The translations under genes and the position numbers were made by a program. Positions 50,045-59,020 of a DNA stretch of 64,000 nucleotides are shown here, piece by piece (within the stretch, counting starts at the first letter, position 1; every line of letters begins with the position of its first letter). Location: NCBI GenBank assembly GCA_964400625.1, contig CAYNUS010000004.1, forward strand, positions 26,164 through 90,163, in the 5' to 3' direction. The notes beneath the pieces were generated by a model, which saw only the letters and a list, made by a program, of their open reading frames with translations, was not told where the DNA came from and searched no databases. The DNA is from an uncultured Gammaproteobacteria bacterium (GTDB lineage Bacteria > Patescibacteriota > Patescibacteriia > SG8-24 > DYFX01).

Positions 50045-50680
50045 TCACGGCTTCGGGACCTGCCGCAGGTGGGCGAAGATGATGACGCTCAGGATGGCGG
50101 CGAAGAAGCACCAGACGGAGGCGAAGGCGTGAAGATAGAAGCCGTATGCGAGGCCCAGCGAGGTGATGAGCGCCATGCCGAACACGCGGATGAACTTGTG
50201 GCTCGAGACGAAGCAGCTTCCGCACGCGGCAAGGACGTACGCGCCCGGGATGACCGCGTAGTTCGGGAGCGGCACGTCGTAGGCGATGCCGCCGCCCATG
50301 AGCGTCGATGCCACGGGCCCACGTACGATGAAGTACAGGAGGTACAAGCTGACCGCGCCGCCGAACCAGACGAACCATGCGAGCGCCTCCTTGCGCTTCG
50401 GTCCCGTCTCCTCGCGCCAGACGGCGTACGGCAGGAAGGTCGGCCAGAAGACGTGCGAGAAGAACAGGAACGCGTACGTCGCCGGCGCTTGCACCCATGG
50501 GAAGCCGATCGAGAGCCACAGGACGCCTTCGACGATCTGCTGGAGCCCGAAGAAGAGCGGGACGGCGGCGATGGGGCGCCGCAGGAAGCCGCCCGTGCGG
50601 CGGACGCCGACGGTCCCGGCCGCGCCGAGCGCGCCGCCCGCGATGAAGCTTGCCGAAGCGGAGAAGCACATGATGCGCAC
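50045..50680 (-). CDS. hypothetical polytopic membrane protein
   Basis: 211 aa with 6 predicted TM helices. Confidence 0.5.
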   Translation of the reverse strand: MRIMCFSASASFIAGGALGAAGTVGVRRTGGFLRRPIAAVPLFFGLQQIVEGVLWLSIGFPWVQAPATYAFLFFSHVFWPTFLPYAVWREETGPKRKEALAWFVWFGGAVSLYLLYFIVRGPVASTLMGGGIAYDVPLPNYAVIPGAYVLAACGSCFVSSHKFIRVFGMALITSLGLAYGFYLHAFASVWCFFAAILSVIIFAHLRQVPKP

Positions 50681-50741
50681 AGTATCCCACGTATCGCCTC
50701 CTTCCGCGAACTTCCGCTATACTCCTTTCCAGGAGGTCCCC

Positions 50742-51491
50742 ATGCTCGCATCGCTCGTCCTCGCCCTTTCCTTCTGCGCGCCCGCGGACGCTCCCGTCGT
50801 CCCGGACGACACCCTCCAGCTCGTGGTCGGCATCGCGCCCTCGTGGGACTCCTCGAGGGCGACGCTCTACCGCTTCGAGCGCAAACCCGGCAAGGCGTGG
50901 AAACGCGTCGGCAAGGCGTGGCCCTCGCGCATCGGCAAGGGCGGCCTCGCGGCCGGACGCGGCCTGCTCGAATGGTGCGGTCCCGACGAGGAGCGCAAGG
51001 TCGAGAACGACAAGAAAGCGCCGGCCGGCGCCTTCTACCTCGGCGAGACGTACGGCTTCGGCGCAGGGCTCAAGAACGCCCCGCGCGGGAAGATGAAGCC
51101 GCTCTCGAAGTCGATGGCCTGCGTCTCCGACTCCGCGTCGGAACACTACAACCGCATCGTCGACACGGACGATCATGACCCTGACGAGCTCGGCTGGACC
51201 CGCCCGCTCCGCCGGAAGGACGGCATCAAGAGCCGCACCATCGTCGTCGGCCATAACGGCATGCACGACCCCGACGCGAACCCGCCGGAACCGTACGCCG
51301 GGAGCTGCATCCTCTTCCATCTGGAACGCAAGGGCCGCGCGACCGTCGGCTGCACCTCGCTCTCCGAGAAGCGCCTCGACGCGCTCATCGCCTGGCTGAA
51401 GCCGAAGGCGAAGCCCGTCTACGTCCTCATGACGCGCGAGCAGTACGACGCGCTCGCCGTCGACGGCTCGGGCCTGCCGAAGCTTCCGTAA
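50742..51491 (+). CDS. L,D-transpeptidase catalytic domain-like secreted protein
   Basis: AGGAGG 5 nt upstream of the ATG, then a signal peptide. The C-terminal GSCILFH...GCTSL resembles the YkuD His/Cys motif. Confidence 0.55.
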   Translation: MLASLVLALSFCAPADAPVVPDDTLQLVVGIAPSWDSSRATLYRFERKPGKAWKRVGKAWPSRIGKGGLAAGRGLLEWCGPDEERKVENDKKAPAGAFYLGETYGFGAGLKNAPRGKMKPLSKSMACVSDSASEHYNRIVDTDDHDPDELGWTRPLRRKDGIKSRTIVVGHNGMHDPDANPPEPYAGSCILFHLERKGRATVGCTSLSEKRLDALIAWLKPKAKPVYVLMTREQYDALAVDGSGLPKLP

Positions 51492-51524
51492 ACGAAACGA
51501 CCCCGCATCGCGGGGTCGTTTTTC
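51492..51524. terminator. bidirectional Rho-independent terminator
   Basis: CGACCCCGC-atc-GCGGGGTCG followed by TTTTT. Confidence 0.65.
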
Positions 51525-51526
51525 CT

Positions 51527-52210
51527 TTACTGCTTTTTCTTGGCGACGGCCTTCTTCTTGGCCGGAGCCTTGGAGGTCTTGGCGGCCTTCTCGACGACCA
51601 CGGCCTTTTCGGCCTTCGGAGCGGCGGCCGTTTCGGCCTTCTTCGCTTCCGGAGCGGCGGAGAGCTTCGCCGGAGCGGCGAGGTTCAGCGCCTTGATGAT
51701 CATGTCGAGCTTCGCGTTGATGGCGGCGAACTGCTCCTTCGAGCGGTCCTCGGCCGGAGCCGACGCCTTGAACGACTTGTAGTCGGTGGCGTTCGACTTC
51801 TCGTTCCCGAAGCAGGCGCGGCAGTACACCGGCTTGCTGCCGTTCGGCTTGAACGGCACTTCGCAGCCGTTCCCGCACGAGGCGCAGGTGGCCTTGAAAA
51901 GCTGCTTCTCCTCGCGGTCGAATCCGCGGTCATCGCGGCGCGGAGCGGAATCGCGGTCGAAACGCATCGGGGCGCTTCCCGTGTCGCCGTCCTTCTTGAA
52001 GCACTCGCGGCAGTAGATCGGACGCGAGCCGTTCGGCTTGAACGGCACTTCGCAGCCGTTGCCGCACGAGGCGCAGGTGGCCTGGTGCATCTGCGGGCGG
52101 TCGAACCCGCGGTCATCGCGGCGGTTGAAGCTTCCGCCTCCGCCGAACTTGCGGTCATTGCCGCCCTTCCAACCGCCCCCCTGGGGCCGGTTTCCATGAG
52201 ACTTGAACAT
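51527..52210 (-). CDS. protein with two tandem CxxC...CxxC zinc-ribbon modules and a Lys/Ala-rich histone H1-like C-terminal tail
   Basis: ATCASCGNGCEVPFKPNGS.P.YCR.CF occurs twice. A 54-bp DNA repeat (51841-51894 and 52029-52082, 1 mismatch) underlies it. The tail is AAPKAEKAVVVEKAAKTSKAPAKKKAVAKKKQ. Confidence 0.6.
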   Translation of the reverse strand: MFKSHGNRPQGGGWKGGNDRKFGGGGSFNRRDDRGFDRPQMHQATCASCGNGCEVPFKPNGSRPIYCRECFKKDGDTGSAPMRFDRDSAPRRDDRGFDREEKQLFKATCASCGNGCEVPFKPNGSKPVYCRACFGNEKSNATDYKSFKASAPAEDRSKEQFAAINAKLDMIIKALNLAAPAKLSAAPEAKKAETAAAPKAEKAVVVEKAAKTSKAPAKKKAVAKKKQ

Positions 52211-52320
52211 GTTTTCCCTTTATTTTGCCTCCTTATTGAAGACGGCCTACTATACCCCATCTACGGGAAAAAAGCAAGGGGCATGGTACGATGCGGTCGG
52301 ACCTTTGGAAGGAGGCCACC

Positions 52321-52665
52321 ATGGACGCGAACGCGCCCCCGATCACGCTGACCGACAAGGCGGCCGCCAAGATCATCGAGTTCCGCGACGCGGACGAGGC
52401 GACGCGCGGCAAACCGCTGCGACTGGCCGTGCAGGGCGGCGGCTGCGCCGGCTTCAACCAGGTGCTCTACTTCGACGATCCGAAGCCCGGGCTCGACCAG
52501 GTCTACGACATCAAGGGCGTGACCGTGCTCGTGGATTCCATGAGCCTCATGTATCTCGCGGGCACCGAGCTCGACTATCTCGACGGCCTCGACGGCACCG
52601 GCTTCAAGTTCAACAACCCGAACGTGAAGTCCACCTGCGGCTGCGGCAGTTCCTTCTCGCCATGA
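52321..52665 (+). CDS. iron-sulfur cluster insertion protein (HesB/IscA/ErpA family)
   Basis: GGAAGGAGG SD upstream. Has GGGCAG and C-terminal CGCGSSF motifs. Confidence 0.85.
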   Translation: MDANAPPITLTDKAAAKIIEFRDADEATRGKPLRLAVQGGGCAGFNQVLYFDDPKPGLDQVYDIKGVTVLVDSMSLMYLAGTELDYLDGLDGTGFKFNNPNVKSTCGCGSSFSP

Positions 52666-52708
52666 ACGAAAACCGTCCCGGAATCGGGACGGTCTTTTTT
52701 TCGTCTTA

Positions 52709-53677
52709 TCAGGCGCCGAGTCCGCAGATGAGCGCGATGACGTACGCGGCGTACGCGGCGATGAAGAGCCAGCCCTGCCAGCGCTCCATGCGATGCCGCT
52801 TGCCGACGAACATCACGAGGAAGAGCGCGAGCGCGGCCCCGACCGCGACGCCGACGTCGAGCAGGTTGGAGGACGTGAACGGCAGGGGCCGGATGAGGCC
52901 GCTCAGGCCAAGCACGAAGAAGACGTTGAAGATGTTGGAGCCGACGACGTTGCCGACCGCGATGTCGACATGCCCCTTGCGCGCCGCCACCGCGGAGGTG
53001 ACGAGTTCCGGCAGGGAGGTGCCGACGGCGACGACCGTGAGGCCGATGATGCGCTCCGAGACGCCGAGCGCGCGGACGATCTCGAGCGCGCCGTCGACCG
53101 TGGCCTTGCCGCCGACGACGAGCGCCGCCAGGCCGCCGAAGATGAGGAGCGCGGAACGACCCATCGGCATGCTGGCGACCGCTTCGCCCGCGTCGCCTTC
53201 CGCCTTGGCGATGCCGAAGGTGTAGTACATGAAGACGACGAAGAAGCCGAGCAGGGCGAGCGCGTCGATGCGGTCGATGACGTTGGGCGTGCGGCCGGCG
53301 AGGAAGACGTCGGAGGCCATGATGCCGACCAGGAGGACGGCCAGGAGCGCGTACGGGACCTCCTTCCAGACGGTATTCGGCTTGATGGTCAGCTCGCGGA
53401 TGGCGGCCGCGATGCCGAGGATGAGCAGGATGTTCGCGATGTTCGAGCCGATGATGTTGCCGATGGCGATCTCGGGTCGGCCGCCCAGCGAGGCCATCAG
53501 GTTCACGACGAGTTCCGGCGTCGAGGTGCCGAAGGCGACGATGGTGAGGCCGATGACGATCGGCGCGACGCCCCAGCGGCGCGCGACCGAGGAGGAGCCG
53601 TCCACCAGCCAATCGGCGCCCTTGCCGAGCAAGGCGACGCCGACGGCGATCATGACGAGCGCGAGGAGGATGGCCAT
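52709..53677 (-). CDS. calcium/sodium antiporter (CaCA / YrbG family)
   Basis: Two alpha-repeats (GTSTPEL, GTSLPEL). Confidence 0.85.
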   Translation of the reverse strand: MAILLALVMIAVGVALLGKGADWLVDGSSSVARRWGVAPIVIGLTIVAFGTSTPELVVNLMASLGGRPEIAIGNIIGSNIANILLILGIAAAIRELTIKPNTVWKEVPYALLAVLLVGIMASDVFLAGRTPNVIDRIDALALLGFFVVFMYYTFGIAKAEGDAGEAVASMPMGRSALLIFGGLAALVVGGKATVDGALEIVRALGVSERIIGLTVVAVGTSLPELVTSAVAARKGHVDIAVGNVVGSNIFNVFFVLGLSGLIRPLPFTSSNLLDVGVAVGAALALFLVMFVGKRHRMERWQGWLFIAAYAAYVIALICGLGA

Positions 53678-53678
53678 A

Positions 53679-54590
53679 TCAGCGTCCGTCGTACGCCGCC
53701 TTAAGCGCGGCGGCGTCGAGCTTCTTCATCTTCAGCATGGCCTGCACCGCGCGGGCGGACGCTTCCTTATCGGGTCCCTCGAAGAGCGCGTTCGATTCCG
53801 CGGGGACGACCTGCCAGGAGACGCCGTAGGCGTCCTTCAGCCAGCCGCACTGCTCCGCTTCCGGAACGGCGGAGAGTTTCTCCCAATACGCGTCCACCTC
53901 CGCTTGCGTATCGCAGTTGACGATGAGCGAGACCGCTTCGTTGAACGCGAAGGCATGCATCTTCGCGCTGCCGTCCATCGCCGTGAACCACTGCCCTTCG
54001 AGCGTGAAGTCCGTGAACATGACGGATCCTTCCTTGTTCGGCCCCATGCCGGCGGGATAGCGCGCCATCGTGCCGCGCTTGGCGTCCTTGAAGACGGAGA
54101 GGTAATGCTCCGTCGCCTTCTCCGCCGCTTCGCACGTTTCCGTGACGAAGAGGAGCGACGGGATGATGTCCGGCCGCGGCTCGCCTTCGGGATCCGTGAG
54201 GATGAGCTGCCAGGAGAAGCCGTAGCGGTCCTGGATCCAGCCGTAGCGCTTGCTGAACGGGTATTCCTGGAGCGGCATGAGCGCCCTGCCTCCCTCCGAC
54301 AGCTTCGCCCACAGCGCGTCGAGATGCGCCTGCGCTTCCGGATCGCGCGACGGGTCGAAGTTCACCATGAACGAGATGGACGGGTTGGGCTTGAAGTATG
54401 GGCCGGCGCTGATGGCCTGGAACTCGAAGCCGAGCAGTTCGAACCAGACGATGTCGGCCGTGCCGGACGGCGTGCCTTCGATGGCATACGACTTCGTGAC
54501 CTTCGAGCCGCGCCCGAACGCCTCCGCATAGAACGCGGCGGCTTCCTTCGCTTCCTTGTCGAACCAGAGATGCGGGACGATCTTCTGCAT
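53679..54590 (-). CDS. VOC family protein (tandem glyoxalase-like/PhnB-like domains)
   Basis: 303 aa with two repeats of the 3-demethylubiquinone methyltransferase-like fold (…YGFSWQ… twice). Confidence 0.7.
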   Translation of the reverse strand: MQKIVPHLWFDKEAKEAAAFYAEAFGRGSKVTKSYAIEGTPSGTADIVWFELLGFEFQAISAGPYFKPNPSISFMVNFDPSRDPEAQAHLDALWAKLSEGGRALMPLQEYPFSKRYGWIQDRYGFSWQLILTDPEGEPRPDIIPSLLFVTETCEAAEKATEHYLSVFKDAKRGTMARYPAGMGPNKEGSVMFTDFTLEGQWFTAMDGSAKMHAFAFNEAVSLIVNCDTQAEVDAYWEKLSAVPEAEQCGWLKDAYGVSWQVVPAESNALFEGPDKEASARAVQAMLKMKKLDAAALKAAYDGR

Positions 54591-54600
54591 AGGGATGCCG

Positions 54601-55314
54601 TCAGCGGATGACGCCGATCGCGCTCTTCAGCGCGTCGTGCTTGGACTTGAGGACGTTCGAGATCGAGGAGAAGACCTTCTCGCCGAGCGACGCGTCCTTT
54701 CCGCCCGCGAGGAACGACCACCATGGGTACTTCACCGCCACGCGCTCGTCCGCGTCGATCTCGACCGTCGTCAGGACGGAGACCGGGATGAGGCCGAGAA
54801 GCTTGATCTCTTGGCGGACGCGCGTCTCGATCTTCTCGAAATTCATCGAGACCTGTTCCGCCGGCACTCCGGCTTCCTGCATCCCCTGCAGGAGGATTTC
54901 GGAGGCCTGCGCGCGTCCGGATTCCGAGGCTTCCTCATCATCTCCGCCGCTTCCGCCGAGGAGGATGCTGAAGTCCGGCGTGAGGGGCTGGGCATCGGCC
55001 GCGACCTCCGATCCGCCCGCCGACGGCGGTGCGGACTCCCCTTCTTCGACCTTCCACTCGAACTCGACGTCGCCGCCCTTCGTCTCGCCGTCCACGCCGT
55101 CGAACTTGATGAAGGCATCGGCGGACGCCTCCTGCGGCGGGGTCGTCACGGTCGCTTCCAAGGTCGGCACGGCGGCCCTCGGCGGATCCGCGCGTTCCGG
55201 CGCCGCCGTCGTTTCGCCGTCGACCCCGTCGATCTTGAGGTAATAGTCCGTCGCGGCGGCGGCCGGTCCGTACGGGAGAAGGACCAGCGCGAGGAGAAGG
55301 AGGGTGTTTTTCAT
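54601..55314 (-). CDS. secreted hypothetical protein with duplicated Hcp-like N-terminal motif
   Basis: Signal peptide, then YYLKIDGVDGET and FIKFDGVDGETKGGDVEFEWKVEEGE. Compare the Hcp motif KIDGIxGES...H..EI.V.S.SW. Confidence 0.5.
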   Translation of the reverse strand: MKNTLLLLALVLLPYGPAAAATDYYLKIDGVDGETTAAPERADPPRAAVPTLEATVTTPPQEASADAFIKFDGVDGETKGGDVEFEWKVEEGESAPPSAGGSEVAADAQPLTPDFSILLGGSGGDDEEASESGRAQASEILLQGMQEAGVPAEQVSMNFEKIETRVRQEIKLLGLIPVSVLTTVEIDADERVAVKYPWWSFLAGGKDASLGEKVFSSISNVLKSKHDALKSAIGVIR

Positions 55315-55342
55315 GCCGCCAATATACTACAATCACCGCGAT

Positions 55343-56113
55343 ATGAAGAACTTCCTTTTCCGCAGGCACGCGCTCACGCGCCGCATCCTGCCTCTCGTCC
55401 TCGTCCTGCTCGCCGCCAAGTACGCCCTCATCCGCCTCGGCTTCCAGCCGTTCGAGATGAACGCGCTCCTCTCCTCGATGATCGCCGCCAACGTCTTCCT
55501 GCTCGGCTTCCTGATCGGCGGCGCCATGCCGGATTATAAGGAAGCGGAGCGCCTTCCGGGGGAGATGGCCGCCAGCCTCGACGCCATCGCCGACGAGATC
55601 GTCCTCCTGCGCGACCGCAAGGCCCCGCCCGAGGCGCCGGCCGCCGTCGCCGCCATCGTGGCCGTCGCCGAAGGCATGCACGACTGGTTCCACCGCAAGC
55701 TCACGAGCATGGAGGTGATGCGCCGCATCGGCGCGCTCGGCGGAGCTTTCGCCGACCTCGAACCGCACACGCAGGCGAACTTCATCGTCCGGATGAAGCA
55801 GGAGCAGACCAACCTGCGCCGCCTCATGACGCGCGCGCACTCCATCCGCGAGACGAGCTTCTCGCAGAACGCCTACGCCATCGCCGAACTCTTCACGGGA
55901 CTCATGCTCATCACGCTCGTCCTCGTGGGCTACGCCGCGCTCCCCTCCGCCCTCTGGTTCACGGGCCTGGCCGGGTTCCTCCTGGTCTACATGCTGTTCC
56001 TGATCCACGACCTCGACAATCCGTTCAACTACGGCGCGCACGAGCGCGGCGAGGACGAAGTGCCGCTCCGGCCGCTCGAAGCGGTGCGCGGCAAGCTGAC
56101 GGCAGGCCGCTGA
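55343..56113 (+). CDS. hypothetical membrane protein (DUF4239-like topology)
   Basis: TM helices at both ends. The start was chosen to avoid overlap with the divergent gene. Confidence 0.45.
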   Translation: MKNFLFRRHALTRRILPLVLVLLAAKYALIRLGFQPFEMNALLSSMIAANVFLLGFLIGGAMPDYKEAERLPGEMAASLDAIADEIVLLRDRKAPPEAPAAVAAIVAVAEGMHDWFHRKLTSMEVMRRIGALGGAFADLEPHTQANFIVRMKQEQTNLRRLMTRAHSIRETSFSQNAYAIAELFTGLMLITLVLVGYAALPSALWFTGLAGFLLVYMLFLIHDLDNPFNYGAHERGEDEVPLRPLEAVRGKLTAGR

Positions 56114-56157
56114 GACGAAAAAGACCCGCCGCGCGGCGGGTCTTCCGTTTCCGGGGA

Positions 56158-56481
56158 TCAGCGGCTCCAAGCCAGGAAGACGAACAGCAGGATCGTGAAG
56201 GCGGCGAGCTGGGCGATGGTGCAGACGGCCGTCATCACGCCTTCGCGCTTCTGGCCGTCGAGATAGAGCATGAGCGGCTTGCCGAAGACGAGCATGCCCA
56301 TCGTGGCCGCCGAGACCACGAAGACGAGCAGGAAGCTGATGGGCGCGAGCACGCCGTCGGGCTTGCCCGCCGTATCGAGGATCTTTCCGGCGTTCTGCAT
56401 GAACGTCGCCACGGCGGCGATGTAGAGGGCCGCGCCCACGGAATACGGCAGGCTCCGCTTGAAGGTCTTCATGTCGAGCAT
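56158..56481 (-). CDS. hypothetical small membrane protein
   Basis: 107 aa with 3 TM helices. Confidence 0.4.
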   Translation of the reverse strand: MLDMKTFKRSLPYSVGAALYIAAVATFMQNAGKILDTAGKPDGVLAPISFLLVFVVSAATMGMLVFGKPLMLYLDGQKREGVMTAVCTIAQLAAFTILLFVFLAWSR

Positions 56482-56490
56482 AAGCGTCGA

Positions 56491-56706
56491 TTAGGGTGAA
56501 TCGTCGGTCGTGCGTTCGAGGATGTCGCCGGGCTGGCAGTCGAGCGCCTTGCAGACGGCGTCCAAGGTCGAGAGCCGGATCGCCTTGGCCTTCCCGTTCT
56601 TCAGGATGGAGACGTTGGCCATCGTGATGCCGACCTTCTCCGCGAGTTCCGTGACGCTCATCTTCCGTTTCGCCAGCATCACGTCGATGGTGATCGCGAT
56701 CGGCAT
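56491..56706 (-). CDS. helix-turn-helix XRE-family transcriptional regulator (YozG-like)
   Basis: Internal start MPIAITIDVMLAKRKMSVTELAEKVGITMANVSILKNGKAKAIRLSTL, a classic Cro/C1 HTH. Confidence 0.7.
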   Translation of the reverse strand: MPIAITIDVMLAKRKMSVTELAEKVGITMANVSILKNGKAKAIRLSTLDAVCKALDCQPGDILERTTDDSP

Positions 56707-56708
56707 AT

Positions 56709-57191
56709 TCAGACGGTGAGATCGTTCTCCGACTGGAGTTCGATGGCGTTCCTGAGCAGCCGCTCGAGCACGGCGGCGAAGACCGCGACCGTGACGGGCG
56801 CGCAGGCGAGAGCCGCGCCGAAGATGATGAGGCCGGGCGCGTCGTCCGCGTCCGCGATCGGGAAGAGCAGCGGCACGAACGCGGCGTACAGGACGGAGAT
56901 GGCGAGCGCGCAGCGCTTGATGTCCCGAAGCGCCTTCACCGACGACTCCGAGAACGCCGCGTCGCGGTCGATGGCGCCCAAGAGCTTGAGCGCCTGCCGG
57001 AGCGCGAGGAAGAACGGCACCGCCGAGGCGTACAGGCCCGCCACGATCAGGGAGACCGCCCATGCGGCCGCCGGGAACTCTTCCGATCCGCCTTTCCACA
57101 TCGAAGGAAGGGCGAACACGCACAAGGCGAGCACCGCGGCGCCGAGCAGGAAGATGAAGAACCTCAGGAAATGCGTCGAACCGTGTTTCAT
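56709..57191 (-). CDS. DUF2975-like membrane protein (partner of YozG-type HTH)
   Basis: 160 aa with 4 TM helices, 2 nt upstream of the HTH gene. Confidence 0.6.
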   Translation of the reverse strand: MKHGSTHFLRFFIFLLGAAVLALCVFALPSMWKGGSEEFPAAAWAVSLIVAGLYASAVPFFLALRQALKLLGAIDRDAAFSESSVKALRDIKRCALAISVLYAAFVPLLFPIADADDAPGLIIFGAALACAPVTVAVFAAVLERLLRNAIELQSENDLTV

Positions 57192-57221
57192 GGGCGAGAT
57201 ATATGGACTCTTGATACCTCC

Positions 57222-57250
57222 ATCCTACGATGGCACATATCGTTTGTCAA
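57222..57250 (-). promoter_or_regulatory. candidate sigma70-like promoter (TTGACA-N17-TAGGAT) for the DUF2975-HTH pair
   Basis: The reverse complement reads TTGACAaacgatatgtgccatcgTAGGAT, in an AT-rich intergenic stretch. Confidence 0.4.
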
Positions 57251-57284
57251 TATATCTTTATCGTTGCGACATTCTCGTTACCGT

Positions 57285-57581
57285 TCAGGATTTTTTCTTG
57301 AGGATCGCGCGCACGGAAGGGCTCACCGCCTTGTCGGCGCGATGGATGCAGCCGATCCAGCAGCAGGGCCGCCGCATGCCGCCGCGCATCTTCGAGATTC
57401 CCTTGCCGATGCGGATGCCGCGCGTCTCGGCTTTCTTGCCCTCCTGGACCCAGCAGATCCATTCGTTGCGCGCGAGCGGCGTGATGTCCTCCCAAAGCGC
57501 GAGGACTTTCGGTGCCGCGAGGATGGCCTTCTTCAGATCCGCTGGCAACGGGTGGACCGTGCCGCCTGAAACTTTCGCCAT
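57285..57581 (-). CDS. YdeI/OmpD-associated family protein (DUF1801-related)
   Basis: 98 aa with the conserved W..W.....K motif (EWICWVQEGKK). Confidence 0.6.
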   Translation of the reverse strand: MAKVSGGTVHPLPADLKKAILAAPKVLALWEDITPLARNEWICWVQEGKKAETRGIRIGKGISKMRGGMRRPCCWIGCIHRADKAVSPSVRAILKKKS

Positions 57582-57582
57582 A

Positions 57583-57936
57583 TCACTTCTTGCGCAAGAT
57601 CTTTTCCATCGTCCTTCCCAGCGCCAACTCGTCGACGAGCTTGTCCATGTAGCGGATCTCGCGCATCGTCTTTTCCTTGATGTCTTCCACCCGGACGCCG
57701 CAGACCACGCCCGTGATCAGCTTCCTCGCCGGATTCAGCTTCGGCGCGTCCTTCAGGAAGGTCTCGAGGCCCGTCCCCTTCTTCAGCTGGGCCTCCAAGC
57801 CTTTCTGGGTGTAGCCGGTCAGCCACAGGAGGACCGCATCGAGCTCCTTCTTCGTGCGCCCTTTCCTCTCCACCTTGGCGATATACAAAGGATAGATGCT
57901 GGCGAAGCTCATCGTGTAGATGCGGTGTTTGGGCAT
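57583..57936 (-). CDS. DUF2200 family protein
   Basis: 117 aa starting [33 protein letters not shown]. Confidence 0.6.
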   Translation of the reverse strand: MPKHRIYTMSFASIYPLYIAKVERKGRTKKELDAVLLWLTGYTQKGLEAQLKKGTGLETFLKDAPKLNPARKLITGVVCGVRVEDIKEKTMREIRYMDKLVDELALGRTMEKILRKK

Positions 57937-57942
57937 AGGTCC

Positions 57943-58296
57943 TCAGGCCTCCATCCCCGGCAGGAAGTTCACGGCGGAGACGTCGATCCACGAACCGGGG
58001 ATCTCCAGGTGGGGGTGGCCCTCGAAGGCCTTGGCGATCTCCTCCTGCGATTCGCCCTGCACGATCGAATACAGCATGACGTCGTTCTTGGCGTCCGACG
58101 CGCCTTGCGTCGTGACGCGCTTGGTCTTGCCGACGCCGGCGGTCGGGCCGGTCATCATGCCCTTGTGGGTCGCCATCCACGCGTCCCACTTGGCCTTGAG
58201 ACGGTCTTCCTCCGCCTTGCGGTCCTGCTCCGGGATCTTCATCCAGGCTTCGAGTCCCGCGACGGGCATGCAATAGAGGACGATGAACTTTTGCAT
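57943..58296 (-). CDS. hypothetical protein (possibly DUF1428/ferredoxin-like fold)
   Basis: 117-aa ORF with a weak resemblance only. Confidence 0.4.
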   Translation of the reverse strand: MQKFIVLYCMPVAGLEAWMKIPEQDRKAEEDRLKAKWDAWMATHKGMMTGPTAGVGKTKRVTTQGASDAKNDVMLYSIVQGESQEEIAKAFEGHPHLEIPGSWIDVSAVNFLPGMEA

Positions 58297-58318
58297 ATCT
58301 TCCAGTTTATGGACTGAT

Positions 58319-58999
58319 TCAAAACGCCGTCGGCACCGGCGTCGTCGCCGATCCCGTCTCGTACGCGCCCCACACGCGCTCGCAGTGCTCGTCGAACGCG
58401 GCGCGGGCGGCCGGGAGCCGTGCCGTCAGGATGTCCGGCAGCATCTTCTCGACCAGCTCGAGCACCTCCGGCGCGATGCCTTGCATGCTCCAGGCGAAGC
58501 CTTCGGCGTACATGGCCGCCGCTTTCTCGTCGGGCGGCGTCGGGAACTGCTTCCCGTCGCGCAGCGAAGGCGTGATTTCCGCCTCCTCGAGTGCGAGATG
58601 CTGATCGAGCAACGACTTCAGCGCCTCCAAGACGGCTTCGGCTCGTTCGGGGTGGGCTAGGTCGGCGAAGGCCGCGTCCCCCTCCGCGAGCATGGGGTCG
58701 ATCAGATGGTGCTGTTCCGTCAGCTTCTGGATGGACGATCCGAGCTCGGGGCGCTTGGCCAAGACGTCCGGAAAGACGTTGGCATCCTCGAACATATGGT
58801 GGCCGTGCAGCGCCTGATGATAGCTCTTCACCCATTCGTCGCGCACCGCCTCGGTTCGCGAGGCGTCGCCCGCCTTGATCTGGGCGACGGCCCGGATGAA
58901 CCGGGCGATGTCGCGCCGGAAAGCGTGATGCGACATGAGCAGCATGGTCGCCATCGAGGCCGTGCCGTCGTCGTTCAGGAGATTCGGGGGTTGAGGCAT
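58319..58999 (-). CDS. hemerythrin domain-containing protein
   Basis: His/Glu ligand spacing (H..HH...E...H...H) across a four-helix pattern. Confidence 0.65.
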   Translation of the reverse strand: MPQPPNLLNDDGTASMATMLLMSHHAFRRDIARFIRAVAQIKAGDASRTEAVRDEWVKSYHQALHGHHMFEDANVFPDVLAKRPELGSSIQKLTEQHHLIDPMLAEGDAAFADLAHPERAEAVLEALKSLLDQHLALEEAEITPSLRDGKQFPTPPDEKAAAMYAEGFAWSMQGIAPEVLELVEKMLPDILTARLPAARAAFDEHCERVWGAYETGSATTPVPTAF

Positions 59000-59020
59000 G
59001 GAGTTCAGGGTCGGCTCGCC

